Assembly (NCBI GenBank): GCA_027002995.1
Contig: JALWZB010000087.1
Coordinates: forward strand, 1-54,871
Source of the DNA: Desulfurococcales archaeon
GTDB lineage: Archaea > Thermoproteota > Thermoprotei_A > Sulfolobales > NBVN01
DNA length: 54,871 nt
Reading direction: 5' to 3'
The notes below the pieces were generated by a model. That model saw nothing but the letters and a program-made list of their open reading frames with translations, had not been told where the DNA came from and searched no databases. Shown in pieces: positions 1 to 9,966 of the stretch; position 1 is the stretch's first letter, and the number at the start of each line of letters is the position of its first letter. The translations under genes and the position numbers were made by a program.

Positions 1-247
1 GATTAGCCCTGGTTAGTTCGGCAAAGTAGCCTATCCCGTGCTTGAGTAAATGATCCGCTATCCAGTACTCCGAGTATGGGTCCAACTCTTGGAGGGTGGG
101 GCCGTAACCCCAGCGTTCAGCGTTTATTACTGGGTAGTACCTCAGGTAAGAGCCTATGATCAGAGCTATTATGAGGACGGTAACCGAAACTATCAGTGTC
201 CATCGCGATCTGATAAATGCCTTCACGCTTGGCTTGCCGGGCATCAT
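1..247 (-). CDS. N-terminal fragment of an STT3/AglB-like (GT-C) membrane glycosyltransferase; continues beyond the left edge of the window
   Basis: The reverse strand opens with ATGATG at 247-242. It reads MMPGKPSVKAFIRSRWTLIVSVTVLIIALIIGSYLRYYPVINAERWGYGPTLQELDPYSEYWIADHLLKHG. This is a signal-anchor helix followed by an E-x-DPY..YW loop typical of GT-C enzymes. The listed 50..250(+) ORF is its antisense shadow. Confidence 0.5.
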   Translation of the reverse strand, partial: MMPGKPSVKAFIRSRWTLIVSVTVLIIALIIGSYLRYYPVINAERWGYGPTLQELDPYSEYWIADHLLKHGIGYFAELTRAN

Positions 248-278
248 TAAACCCAAAGGGTAAGTAAGGGCCGTTATT

Positions 279-1511
279 TTAAGTTTTTGAGTAAATGATT
301 TTCTCCTCACTAAACAGCTTCACCGCTAGGGCGAGTAGTACCCCTATCTCAGCTATTATCACTAACGCGTGGATCGCTGCCTGATTCACCTCACCGAGCA
401 CAGACCGCTTTATCATCCCGACAGCGTGGCTGTAGGGTATGACATATAATGTATATCTCAACGGCGCGGTTAGCGCGTTTATGTCCGCGTAGAGGGATAT
501 GAAGAACACTACCGAGGCAACGCTAATTATGGCGAGCGAGAAGGCTTGGGCGACCCTGTAGCTACCAGACCTTATGACTATCGGGAGTATTAGGGCTAGA
601 GATGCAAGTACCGATAAATACACGGCGCTTACGTGAGCTATCATTAGACCTGGTGTTAGTAGAGAGAATAAGTTAACGCCGTATGTCATTGAAGGTAAGG
701 CGAAGAAGAGTAGCAGACCCACGGCGTCCGCCAAGCCGGTGATGAGGCCTATGACTGACGCCGATAAGGTCTTACCGATCACGAGCGACCACCTAGGTAC
801 GGGTGTTGCTAGGAGGGCTTCGAAGGTTTTTCTCTCTTTCTCGCCTACGACGGAGTCCGTTATGTAGGCTATTGATGGCGTGGTAACGAATACCAGCGAG
901 AATGCGAGGATACGGCCCAGCATTACGCGGAAGCTCTCCTCGACACTGACAGTAGTACCCGAGGGACCTACTAATACCGTAGTATATACTATGGGGTTCA
1001 GGACGGAATCAGGGGTCACGGGCTTCTTAGCAAGAGTCCCCAAGTACTTTACCTTTGCTTCAGCCACCTTACGCGCGAAGCTACCTAGAACAGACTGAAC
1101 AGTGTTCTCTCCTTCATTACTCTTAGCTGAGCCAACGGACTTCACGATCCTAATGAGTGCTACCCTAGTGAGGGAAGAGAGGTTCGCCCTAAATCCCTTA
1201 GGTATGATGATCATTATGTCGTAGGACTTGACGCTATGGTTTAACACTCTGAAGCCCTTAGACTTAAGCGCAGCTACGATGCTGTTCGCGAGGTCGTTTG
1301 TGGAGAAGGTAGCATTACCTATGGTAAGCGTTCCTGGATCCTCGTTAATCACCACGGCGACACCCTGCTGTAGGGTTTGAACATAGATTGAGGTGATCCC
1401 CATTAATGGCATCATGAGTAGCGGGAGGAGAGAGATAGCGACTAACGTCTTAATATCCCTAGCCATATCCCGTAACTCCTTCCAGACGACCGGGTATAAC
1501 GACCTTCTCAA
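279..1511 (-). CDS. ABC-2 type transporter permease (NatB-like)
   Basis: 410 aa with one N-terminal TM helix, a large extracytoplasmic loop and a C-terminal cluster of TM helices. It overlaps the upstream ATPase gene by 4 nt (ATGA). Confidence 0.7.
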   Translation of the reverse strand: MRRSLYPVVWKELRDMARDIKTLVAISLLPLLMMPLMGITSIYVQTLQQGVAVVINEDPGTLTIGNATFSTNDLANSIVAALKSKGFRVLNHSVKSYDIMIIIPKGFRANLSSLTRVALIRIVKSVGSAKSNEGENTVQSVLGSFARKVAEAKVKYLGTLAKKPVTPDSVLNPIVYTTVLVGPSGTTVSVEESFRVMLGRILAFSLVFVTTPSIAYITDSVVGEKERKTFEALLATPVPRWSLVIGKTLSASVIGLITGLADAVGLLLFFALPSMTYGVNLFSLLTPGLMIAHVSAVYLSVLASLALILPIVIRSGSYRVAQAFSLAIISVASVVFFISLYADINALTAPLRYTLYVIPYSHAVGMIKRSVLGEVNQAAIHALVIIAEIGVLLALAVKLFSEEKIIYSKT

Positions 1512-2272
1512 TCGAACTCACCCACTAACTTAATGAATGCCTCCTCAAGATTGGAGGCATTAGCCCTATGCTTAAGCTCCTTCGGCTCTCCCTCAGCAAC
1601 GATGGTTCCTTTATTAATTAAGATGACCCTATCGCATAGTTCCTCAACCTCAAGCATGTTATGAGATGACATGAGTACGGTCGTCCCTGAACGCTTAGCG
1701 AATTCCTTTATGGTCTTCCTTATGGTGTAGGCCGAGAAGACATCGAGCCCGGAGGTAGGCTCGTCAAGTAATACCAGGTCAGCGCCGACCATCAAGGCTC
1801 TTGCCAGCGCCACCCTCCTACTCATACCCTTACTGTACTCAGATGCCTTACGATGTAAATCCTTCTCGGATAACCCCGCAAGCTCGGCTCCGCGAGCAGC
1901 CATCTCCTTGGCTGACTCCATATCGTCAGCATAGATCATCGCGAAGTACAGCAGGTTTTCCCACCCAGTTAACCTATGGTACAGGCCCGCGTCCTCTGGA
2001 AGGTAGGAAATCCGCTCCCGCACTTCTGCCCTCTCCTCAGGTAATCTATGACCTAGGACCTCAACCACACCCCTATCGTGCCGAACAAGCGTGGCGATTA
2101 TCCTTAAGGTCGTTGTTTTACCGGCCCCGTTAGGTCCCAGGATGCCGTAAATAACACCCTTAGGTACCGTGAAAGATATCCCCTTCAGAGCCTGCACTTT
2201 CTTCCCGAAGGTTTTCACGACCCCCTCAAGCCTAATGGCGTAACCGTTACTGGACATGCCCTTCCTCGCCAC
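1508..2272 (-). CDS. ABC transporter ATP-binding protein
   Basis: Walker A GPNGAGKTT, signature-like YSKGMSRRV, Walker B LVLLDEPTSGLD and an H-loop SSHNM. Confidence 0.9.
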   Translation of the reverse strand: MARKGMSSNGYAIRLEGVVKTFGKKVQALKGISFTVPKGVIYGILGPNGAGKTTTLRIIATLVRHDRGVVEVLGHRLPEERAEVRERISYLPEDAGLYHRLTGWENLLYFAMIYADDMESAKEMAARGAELAGLSEKDLHRKASEYSKGMSRRVALARALMVGADLVLLDEPTSGLDVFSAYTIRKTIKEFAKRSGTTVLMSSHNMLEVEELCDRVILINKGTIVAEGEPKELKHRANASNLEEAFIKLVGEFD

Positions 2273-2436
2273 TAAAAGAGGTGTTTAACCAATATATTAG
2301 GTCTGGTGAGGCAGGCGCGAGCATGAGGTGATAGCGGTAATACCGCATTAATACCCGTTCACAGGGCTTTGTAACATCCTTCATTATACCCGATTTTATT
2401 AGACGTAGAGACGAGTAGGAGGGAAGGGAGGGGGTA

Positions 2437-3144
2437 GTGGTATCGATTACTGAGTCATTAGTGCAGGAAGTCCTGCTGAAGTATGGTGACAGGGCCTACT
2501 ACGTTCTCAGGGCGGCGCTTGAAGCTGCTGACGAGTACCGTGCCGAAGGAAGGAGATACCCTGGGGATTTCGACTTCAGAGGCTTAGTGGTGAAGCTCCG
2601 TGAATGGGGTTTCAGATACAACCCAAATCAGTTACTTCGAATACTGGAGCGTGAGTACGGCATCATCGAAACCTCCTACAAGTCGGCGGCTCAGCACTGG
2701 TACGTGTTCACTGATCGTGAGGCTGTGGAGGCGGTCCTTAGTGACTACGGGTCAAACGAGGGTGTTATTAACGAGATAGATGATCCTGAGACCTACGTTC
2801 TCGAACTTCAGATGGAGGCCGTGAGCATAGATTCCCTATTATCAAAGGTTAAGGCCCTATGCAGGAAGGTCAAGCTAAGCAGTGCGGACAGGGAAATGCT
2901 TAGGGAGATAATTATGAATGAGTTGCCGATAGTCGCTAAAGTTATGAAGGAGGCCAGCAAGTATGGGAACAAGTATTCGGACTTCATAAGCAAGGCAACC
3001 ACGCTCATGAAGCTAGCGAGGCAGGCCCTCACACTATCACGGGTTACGGAACGTGGTGTTAGCAGTGCTGGGGTCAGCGGAGTAAAGCCTAGTAAGGAGT
3101 TGAGGAGAGTAAGCATAGGTATAGAGGAAATTGACCGCACGTGA
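2437..3144 (+). CDS. hypothetical protein
   Basis: 235-aa ORF with a GTG start. Its codon pattern matches neighbouring plus-strand genes. I recognise no motif. Confidence 0.45.
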   Translation: MVSITESLVQEVLLKYGDRAYYVLRAALEAADEYRAEGRRYPGDFDFRGLVVKLREWGFRYNPNQLLRILEREYGIIETSYKSAAQHWYVFTDREAVEAVLSDYGSNEGVINEIDDPETYVLELQMEAVSIDSLLSKVKALCRKVKLSSADREMLREIIMNELPIVAKVMKEASKYGNKYSDFISKATTLMKLARQALTLSRVTERGVSSAGVSGVKPSKELRRVSIGIEEIDRT

Positions 3145-4096
3145 CTTAATTAAGGGTAGCGTCGCCGTTATTGGGGTAGGTGCTGTAGGTTCTGTCATTA
3201 CCTACGCGTTAAATGAAGTAGGCATTAAGCCAGTATTAATCCACAGGAATGCCCAAGTAGCTGAGCTCTATAGGGAGCATGGAATTAAGGTGGAGGTACT
3301 GGGTGAAGGAGAGAGAATTATTGAGGGTCTACACACAACGTACAGTAATGTTCAGCCAGGTTCGATAGGGCTTGCCTTCATCTGCGTTAAAGCATATGAC
3401 GTTAAGAACGTGTTAAGCAAGCTCCCCAGACTGCTTAACAGGGATTCTATCCTGATCATGTGCCAGAACGGTTTAGGCTCCACGGAACTCGCCGAGGAGA
3501 TCGTGGGTCCGAATAACGTTTTGCAAGCCATTATCGGGTTCGGAGCTAACCGCGTTAATAGGCATGAGGTTCGCCTCACCGGTATTGGCCCAAGCTACAT
3601 TGGCCCAAAACGTAGGAGGGCCCCCTCAACACTTCACGCAGTCGCAAGACACGTGTCGGAATTATTGCGCGTGATTAACTTCATCTACGTTGACGAGAGT
3701 GAGGGCTACAGATGGGTCAAGCTAGGCATTAACGCCGGGATTAACCCAGTGACGACAATACTCGGCGTTAAGAACGGGATTGTGAACGAGGATGTTTACG
3801 CCAGGAACGTTGCGTTAGCTGCTGCCAATGAGGTTAAGGAGGTGGCGGTCGCTAAGGGTGTGTCCTTACCTAAGGATCCGGCGGATGCGTTACTTAGCGT
3901 TGCCAGAAACACTGCCGAAAACTACTCATCCATGCTTCAAGACATAAGGTCAAGGAAGCGGACCGAGGTCGACTACATAAATGGTTCCGTGTACTTAGAG
4001 GGTCTTAAGGTTGGTAGAGTGTGTCTAGTTAATTACACTCTTTGGAACATCGTGAAGTTCTTGGAGAGAATTCGGCTTCGTGGCGTGTCACGGTAA
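3131..4096 (+). CDS. panE: 2-dehydropantoate 2-reductase (ketopantoate reductase)
   Basis: N-terminal Rossmann motif VIGVGAVGS, central NGLG, and C-terminal SSMLQDIRSRKRTEVDYINGSV typical of the ApbA/PanE family. It lies next to panB. Confidence 0.8.
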   Translation: MTARDLIKGSVAVIGVGAVGSVITYALNEVGIKPVLIHRNAQVAELYREHGIKVEVLGEGERIIEGLHTTYSNVQPGSIGLAFICVKAYDVKNVLSKLPRLLNRDSILIMCQNGLGSTELAEEIVGPNNVLQAIIGFGANRVNRHEVRLTGIGPSYIGPKRRRAPSTLHAVARHVSELLRVINFIYVDESEGYRWVKLGINAGINPVTTILGVKNGIVNEDVYARNVALAAANEVKEVAVAKGVSLPKDPADALLSVARNTAENYSSMLQDIRSRKRTEVDYINGSVYLEGLKVGRVCLVNYTLWNIVKFLERIRLRGVSR

Positions 4097-4123
4097 CATT
4101 AATTTAGCGTTACCCCCAGTATA

Positions 4124-4999
4124 TTGGCGATGGCTACGATGGGTGATAAGATACTTCCTCATTACTTCATTAAAATGAAGAAGAAAGGCAAGAAAATAGT
4201 CATGGTTACTGCGTACACTTACTACCAAGCTAAGGTGGTGGATGAGGCAGGTATTGATGGGATCTTAGTGGGTGACTCCTTAGGGATGGTGGTGCTAGGG
4301 TATTCCTCAACCTTGCCCGTGACTATGGATGACATCATGCATCACCTTAGGGCAGTAGTTAATGCGTCACCAAGAGCCTTAGTTGTTGCTGACATGCCGT
4401 TCCTAAGTTACGAGGTCAGCCGGGAGGAGGCTGTGCGTAACGCTGGCAAACTACTGAAGGCAGGGGCAGACGCGGTTAAGGTTGAGGGTGGTGAGGAGAT
4501 CTTAGATAAGGTTGAGGCGATGGTCAAGGCAGGAATACCGGTGATGGGGCACGTTGGTCTTAACCCTCAACGCTATCTAGTCCTAGGGGGCTACAAGCTT
4601 AGGGGTAAGAAAGCCGAGGATGCCATGGAGGTGATCGAAGCCGCTAAGGCTCTGGAGGATGTCGGTGCTTTCTCGGTGGTGATTGAGAATACCGTTGCTG
4701 AGGTAGCGGCGCAGGTGACCAAGGAACTACGCATACCTACGATATGCATTGGTGCAGGCCCTGACTGTGACGGGCAGATACTCGTGATTCATGATGTGTT
4801 AGGCTTAAACCCCACTCCCCCACCATTCGCCCGTAAGTATGCTGACCTGTATAACGTAATGATTGATGCCCTCAGGAGGTACGCTGAGGACGTGCGTAAA
4901 GGTGCTTTCCCCGCGGAGGGTGAGTACTGGAGCATGAGTGAGGAGGAGCTCAGCAAGCTCCGTGAGAAACTGGCTGTGAGGAAAGATGTTAAGGAGTGA
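4124..4999 (+). CDS. panB: 3-methyl-2-oxobutanoate hydroxymethyltransferase
   Basis: [48 protein letters not shown] and KVEGG are classic PanB blocks. Confidence 0.9.
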   Translation: MAMATMGDKILPHYFIKMKKKGKKIVMVTAYTYYQAKVVDEAGIDGILVGDSLGMVVLGYSSTLPVTMDDIMHHLRAVVNASPRALVVADMPFLSYEVSREEAVRNAGKLLKAGADAVKVEGGEEILDKVEAMVKAGIPVMGHVGLNPQRYLVLGGYKLRGKKAEDAMEVIEAAKALEDVGAFSVVIENTVAEVAAQVTKELRIPTICIGAGPDCDGQILVIHDVLGLNPTPPPFARKYADLYNVMIDALRRYAEDVRKGAFPAEGEYWSMSEEELSKLREKLAVRKDVKE

Positions 5000-5009
5000 T
5001 GTGGGATGG

Positions 5010-5789
5010 TTAGAAGTTAAGGATGAGTTTCCCCTTAGCTAATTCCTCTAGTCTTTTGACAATGTGCCTCAGTACGTCCTGCAGGACGGCGTTGTTGTCG
5101 TAGCCCCTTAATATGCTCTCCAGTTCCTCTTTCCCACTCTCTCGGAGCCTTGATGCTTCCTCAACGAGTTTAGGCATAGCCCTAACAACATTATCCACTA
5201 TAGTTATGTTCGCCGCCCTAGCTGTGCGTGATAGTGGGTTAAGGTCTATAGCGATCACTGTCTTGCCTAGTCTCCGTAGGGCTTCCGTCCTATCACCGTC
5301 CTCCAGAGGTACGAGGACAACATCGGCTATTAGGATGCCTTCAGGGCTAACCCTCCTCCTTTCACTTTCTAGTTCAGGGATCGTGGCTGTGGCGTCATCA
5401 ACCCCTAACACTTCCTTAGCGCCGGCCTTCCTCAGCACTTCAGCGATCTTACGCGCCCGCTCTTCGGTTCTGTAAAATAGGTTCACCTCGATCTTCGCTC
5501 CCGTGACTTCCGCTAACCTAACGACATCCTCAGGTACCAGCGCAGCTACGTTCCCGTTAACTGAGATTACTGGGCGTTTAGCTAGGAGTAAGGCGGCAGC
5601 AGCCGCCCGTATGGCCTTAATAGCTGGTTCTATAGTGTGTTCACCCATTAGGTAGTCGAAACACTCTCCCCTACCGTGGGCTATGAGTCCAGCCACCGCC
5701 ACGTAGCCTTCCTCAAAGCCTTGGATGAGTTTCTCCCGCGTGATTAGGGACTCGTATCTCGGATGGCTCTTGGGTACCCAGTGAGTCAA
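5010..5789 (-). CDS. archaeal phosphopantothenate synthetase (4-phosphopantoate--beta-alanine ligase)
   Basis: [13 protein letters not shown]...[14 protein letters not shown] resembles the COG1701/PPS family. It is co-oriented and 4-nt overlapped with the pantoate kinase-like gene. Confidence 0.75.
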   Translation of the reverse strand: MTHWVPKSHPRYESLITREKLIQGFEEGYVAVAGLIAHGRGECFDYLMGEHTIEPAIKAIRAAAAALLLAKRPVISVNGNVAALVPEDVVRLAEVTGAKIEVNLFYRTEERARKIAEVLRKAGAKEVLGVDDATATIPELESERRRVSPEGILIADVVLVPLEDGDRTEALRRLGKTVIAIDLNPLSRTARAANITIVDNVVRAMPKLVEEASRLRESGKEELESILRGYDNNAVLQDVLRHIVKRLEELAKGKLILNF

Positions 5790-6682
5790 GCCCCACGCAC
5801 CGACGTCCCTTCCTCTGCGATACTTAATAACCTAACCCTGCCGAGCGTACTCAACTCGCGTGCGACCTCATCCACGCACTCTGACCCGTGGATCACGACG
5901 AGTAAGGACTTCTTAACAAAGAAGTTAATCACGCACCCATTCCTCAAGGTCTGCCTAAGAATATCGCTAACCCTACCCTCTACCTCGGGACTCATCATGC
6001 CTGTAAGCCTGCTGAAGAGCCGGGCATTATCGGCAAACACCTCTAATCCCGGGTTCCTCAGGAACCTAGTCATAGCTTCCCTCCCATAGAGACTTATTCG
6101 CCCGGCTAAGTCCTTAAGCATCTCTGGGGTGGTTGTCCTCCCTATGAGGACGGTGCTCACATTGATCCTGTCTCTTACCTTAATGCTGAAGGCTTCCCCT
6201 AAGCCTGGAGGGCCGGGCTTGACACGCACTACGAGACCGCCTCCCAACGCCTCGGCAATCACGTCGCCCAAGCCTGTGAGGTTCTCGACCTCAGCGATGT
6301 GTGCGTGTCGAAGCGCCTCCTCTAAACGTAGCTCGCGCTGGGATGCTAGCTGTGCTGAGATAGCCATAGCTATGGCTAAGGCGGCGCTCAACCCGAAACC
6401 CTCCCCTAGCCCGGCGGGGGCCTCCGCAACTACGCCGAAACGCTCAACACCCGTTAGCCTAACTATAGAGTTCCTTAACCCTCCTTGAATCTCAACGTTG
6501 TTTAGCAAGACCACGTCATCAGCGCCAGTAACCCTGGCCGTGAGGTAAGGCTTCAACGTCAGCCCAACACCGACGGACCCTGTCAGCGTTGGTGCCGGGC
6601 CGTAATAAGGCACCCAGAACCCGCTAACGTGGAGCGGAACTTGGAGCGTGACCTCCCGCATAAACCTCATCCCGGACAGCAT
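5786..6682 (-). CDS. archaeal pantoate kinase (GHMP kinase fold)
   Basis: GHMP-type glycine-rich motif [17 protein letters not shown]. Its position between PPS and coaBC supports the call. The 5' end overlaps the coaBC 3' end by 59 nt, so the true start may be an internal Met (MRFMREV). Confidence 0.7.
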   Translation of the reverse strand: MLSGMRFMREVTLQVPLHVSGFWVPYYGPAPTLTGSVGVGLTLKPYLTARVTGADDVVLLNNVEIQGGLRNSIVRLTGVERFGVVAEAPAGLGEGFGLSAALAIAMAISAQLASQRELRLEEALRHAHIAEVENLTGLGDVIAEALGGGLVVRVKPGPPGLGEAFSIKVRDRINVSTVLIGRTTTPEMLKDLAGRISLYGREAMTRFLRNPGLEVFADNARLFSRLTGMMSPEVEGRVSDILRQTLRNGCVINFFVKKSLLVVIHGSECVDEVARELSTLGRVRLLSIAEEGTSVRGA

Positions 6683-7916
6683 CTATTATTCTGCGAGCTA
6701 CCTCCGACTTCAACGTTAACTTGACGTGCTCAGGCTCCTTACCCTTCACTATTATCAGCACTTCATTAGTTTCCGTTGCGAAGCCAGAGCCCTCAGCACA
6801 CACGTCATTAGCCACAATGATATCGAAGCCCCTCTCCAGCATCTTGTGGCGGGCTGCCTCCGCTAAGGTGTTCAGGTCGCCGACAACGCACTCAGCCGCG
6901 AAGCCCACTAGGAGACCCTTGAAGCGTTTCCTAACTTCGATGGCGATCTTGGGCGTGGGCTCTAGCGTGATGGTGATGGGGCCTGACCCAGTTCTTACCT
7001 TCCCGCTAAACCTTCTGCTGAATCTGAAGTCTGTGGGGGCGGCAGCCATTACGATGACATCGTATTCGCTCCCGGATAATTCCTTGATGATTGCCTGGAG
7101 CATTTCCTCGGTTGTCTCAACGCCTATGCTTCTTATATAATGGGGTTTACTGACGCTTAAGGGACCGTGCACAAGGGTCACCCGCGCTCCCCTGAAGAAC
7201 GCTTCACGCGCTATGGCGATACCCATCCTCCCCGAGCTGGGGTTACTTATGAACCGCACATTATCGAGGTACTCGCGAGTGGGTCCGGCAGTAACAAGCA
7301 CTCTAAGTCCCCTAAGGTCCCTACCCCTTAACGTTACGGCCTCCACAGCAGCGACAACGTCCTCTGTTGAGGGGTACTTCGCCTTACCCTCGAGATCCAC
7401 TGGTGGTATTATCGTGACGCCGAACCCCTCAAGTTTCTTGATAGCCTCTACTACTGGTGGGGACCTCCAGAGACCACGGTGCATAGCTGGCGCAACTATT
7501 AGTGGCTTACCCAGCCCAAGCATGTCCACTGCAGTCAGTGAGACGGGATTGTCGCATATTCCATGCGCTATCTTAGAGAGTATGTCTGCCGTGGCTGGCG
7601 CGATCACCATAGAGTCACAGATTTTGCCTAGGGCAACATGACCGGTCTCGCCAGCGAAGCCTGTGAATGTTTTGGAGCCCGTGGCCCACTCAATCAATGC
7701 AGGCCCCACGAGTTCGGCCGCCGCCTTACTCAGTACGGTGTAGACCTCAGCACCTCTCCGGATTAACTCCCTCATAACGTCGATGGTTCTGTAGATGGCT
7801 ACCGAACCCGTTAATCCGAACGCGATCCTCCTCCCTGATAGCACGGATGCCTTAGTTCCCTCTATTTCCTGGATCGGGTGGTAAGGTGGTTCCTTCAGCG
7901 GCATGCATGCCCACAC
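6624..7916 (-). CDS. coaBC: bifunctional phosphopantothenoylcysteine decarboxylase / phosphopantothenate-cysteine ligase
   Basis: N-terminal flavoprotein block RIAFGLTGSVAIYRTIDVMRELIRRGAEV, PAMH, and C-terminal CoaB block ISNPSSGRMG. Confidence 0.9.
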   Translation of the reverse strand: MWACMPLKEPPYHPIQEIEGTKASVLSGRRIAFGLTGSVAIYRTIDVMRELIRRGAEVYTVLSKAAAELVGPALIEWATGSKTFTGFAGETGHVALGKICDSMVIAPATADILSKIAHGICDNPVSLTAVDMLGLGKPLIVAPAMHRGLWRSPPVVEAIKKLEGFGVTIIPPVDLEGKAKYPSTEDVVAAVEAVTLRGRDLRGLRVLVTAGPTREYLDNVRFISNPSSGRMGIAIAREAFFRGARVTLVHGPLSVSKPHYIRSIGVETTEEMLQAIIKELSGSEYDVIVMAAAPTDFRFSRRFSGKVRTGSGPITITLEPTPKIAIEVRKRFKGLLVGFAAECVVGDLNTLAEAARHKMLERGFDIIVANDVCAEGSGFATETNEVLIIVKGKEPEHVKLTLKSEVARRIIDAVRDEVYAGGHAPSSAPR

Positions 7917-7957
7917 TAAACTAAAGTTATTATGACGCCGTAATAAACTAAATCAAG

Positions 7958-8458
7958 GTGCGGTTGTTGAGTAGCGAGGAAAGCGGTAAGGTAACTATTA
8001 GGGAAGCTAGGGAGGAAGACCTTCCCGAAATAATCCGTATCAACCTCCAAACACTCCCCGAGCATTACCCAGACTACTTCTGGAGGGATCACCTGCGTTT
8101 GTGGGGTAAGGCGTTCCTAGTTGCAGAGGTTGATGGGAGGATAGTCGGGTACGTTATGACGAGAGTGGATCGCGGTTTAGGGTACGTATACTGGAAGCCT
8201 TTCAAGAAACTCGGGCACATAGTAAGTATCGCGGTGCTTCCGGAGTTCAGGAGGCGTGGCATAGGCATGAGGCTCATGATTGAAGCCATGAGGAGGCTTA
8301 AGGAGGTCTATGGAGCAAGCGAGGTTTATCTGGAGGTCCGCGTTAGTAATGACGCAGCGATAAGGCTCTACGAGAAGCTTGGTTTCCGGAAAGTGAAGCA
8401 ATTGAGGAAGTACTACCTGGACGGTGAGGATGCGTGGTTAATGGCGAGGGAACTTTAA
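7958..8458 (+). CDS. ard1: GNAT N-alpha-acetyltransferase (Ard1/RimI type)
   Basis: GNAT motif A SIAVLPEFRRRGIGMRLM. Size (166 aa) and the N-terminal IREAREEDLPEI fit the family. Confidence 0.75.
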   Translation: MRLLSSEESGKVTIREAREEDLPEIIRINLQTLPEHYPDYFWRDHLRLWGKAFLVAEVDGRIVGYVMTRVDRGLGYVYWKPFKKLGHIVSIAVLPEFRRRGIGMRLMIEAMRRLKEVYGASEVYLEVRVSNDAAIRLYEKLGFRKVKQLRKYYLDGEDAWLMAREL

Positions 8459-9069
8459 GGGTTGCGCCAATGCCTTAATGGTAATATTCTGGAAGTAACG
8501 GATTTGCGATCCTTCCTAATCAAGGCGCATGCTTCGCCTTTACCTAACACATACGTTTTTGTGTTGTTAATTAAGCACGTGTCAACGTACTCACCACCAC
8601 ATATGTGGAGTGAGGGACGTATCTTCTCGATAAAGGTTCTAAGCTCGTCAAGTCCCCTACGTACTTTAAGGGTTCCTATGAGGTCTCCGCAACCCCTAGG
8701 CGGGTGATAAGATAGGGTAATGTCAATCCTCTTACCCAATGTACCTGCATCTACTAGCTTTAACACGCGCTCCATGTTTTGGTGGGGATCTATACCACCC
8801 ACACCAGCTACTACTACATTATTTATTTCGACGACATTACCATCCAGTAGCGCGTTGAGCTTCCTTGCCTGCTTAGTGACTCGGATGTCGTCTTCAGCAC
8901 CGCTTAGGAAGTAGGGGTTGGGTAGGAGCCCAGCATATTCTTCCGGGTCTAACCCTAAGTTGCCTATCACTATGGTTGCGGCGATTTTCACGTCCCGGAG
9001 CTCCTGTGCGAGCCTTAGTAACTCGTTTCTGGTTTTAACGCGTGGATTAGCTACTATCGCTATAAACAA
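8455..9069 (-). CDS. hypothetical protein (possibly a degenerate metallophosphoesterase fold)
   Basis: 204-aa ORF, 4-nt overlapped with ard1 (convergent). There is only weak resemblance to calcineurin-like phosphoesterases (HPPRGCGD, ICGGEY). Confidence 0.35.
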   Translation of the reverse strand: MFIAIVANPRVKTRNELLRLAQELRDVKIAATIVIGNLGLDPEEYAGLLPNPYFLSGAEDDIRVTKQARKLNALLDGNVVEINNVVVAGVGGIDPHQNMERVLKLVDAGTLGKRIDITLSYHPPRGCGDLIGTLKVRRGLDELRTFIEKIRPSLHICGGEYVDTCLINNTKTYVLGKGEACALIRKDRKSVTSRILPLRHWRNP

Positions 9070-9793
9070 TGTTGCTCACCAAGTAAAGCGCTATTGCAGC
9101 ACTCATAATGTCTGAGGTGCTCCCAGGGTTTACGCCTACATCCCTGAGCGCCTTACTCACGGCATTCCATTCATTTGTACCGGGTCTTAGTGAGGATGCT
9201 GCGTTGCTTAGGAGTAATGCGGTGGGTAGGCCCCACGCCTTAAGCACTAACGTGTCAGGCATCTTTGAGAGTATGTATGCTTGGAGGTAGGGTATAGCTT
9301 TCAGTAATTCGGTTGGTTTCTTAGCTAGAGCTAACAACTTGTTTAGTGCGAGTAGCGTAATGCGGAATCCATGTGTGATGTCGTAGGCTATCATGTCGTA
9401 GTACGCTGAGCACGTTAGCGCGTCCCACACGCTAACCTTTGTTGATGCAACGTCGTCCTTCACGCTGGGTACTGTCCCGACGAACTTTCCTAAGTGTCCT
9501 TCGCTGGCGGTCTTTATGGCGGCGTAGAAGTGTTTGATGTTCTCCTTCTTGAGTTGCTCTTCTATGATTGAGTAGTGTCGCGTGATGATAGCAATCATGT
9601 CCTTCAGGTCGTCCTTGCTTCCTCTTAGCGCCAGTCCCACAGCGTATGATAGTGGCACGCTCAGCATTAAGTAGCCTAGGGCAGTGTTTGTTCTGATTAG
9701 GGGGTTACGCATGATTTTCCTAATGCCGTGAAGCACGAGCTTACCTAAGCTAAGGGGTTTCCCCCTTAACGCATTATTTACGCTGCGTATCAC
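9047..9793 (-). CDS. triphosphoribosyl-dephospho-CoA synthase (CitG/MdcB)-like protein; the frame is open up to 9976
   Basis: C-terminal GVNPGSTSDIMSAAIALYL resembles the CitG NPG(T/S)(T/S)AD block. The in-frame upstream extension reads ...AALIIEAATPGKLSTVSG..., resembling the CitG N-terminal E-x-TPKPGLV block (see finding). Confidence 0.5.
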   Translation of the reverse strand: MIRSVNNALRGKPLSLGKLVLHGIRKIMRNPLIRTNTALGYLMLSVPLSYAVGLALRGSKDDLKDMIAIITRHYSIIEEQLKKENIKHFYAAIKTASEGHLGKFVGTVPSVKDDVASTKVSVWDALTCSAYYDMIAYDITHGFRITLLALNKLLALAKKPTELLKAIPYLQAYILSKMPDTLVLKAWGLPTALLLSNAASSLRPGTNEWNAVSKALRDVGVNPGSTSDIMSAAIALYLVSNIVYSDSS

Positions 9794-9966
9794 TACGTCA
9801 CGTACTGTCGGCGCGCTTAGAGCGAATTTAGTGAGGTTTAGATCCTTGATTTCCTCCGTGCCGCTAACCGTGCTTAGCTTCCCGGGTGTGGCGGCCTCAA
9901 TGATAAGCGCGGCTGAGAAAGCGTCGGCGACCGCGTGTTTCAGCCTGTTTTGCCTGCTACGCGCTC

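Noticed and set aside
50-250. 66-aa plus-strand ORF at the left edge
   Set aside because: It lies antisense to a much more convincing reverse-strand start of a GT-C/AglB-like membrane protein. Its own sequence has no motif and an odd composition.
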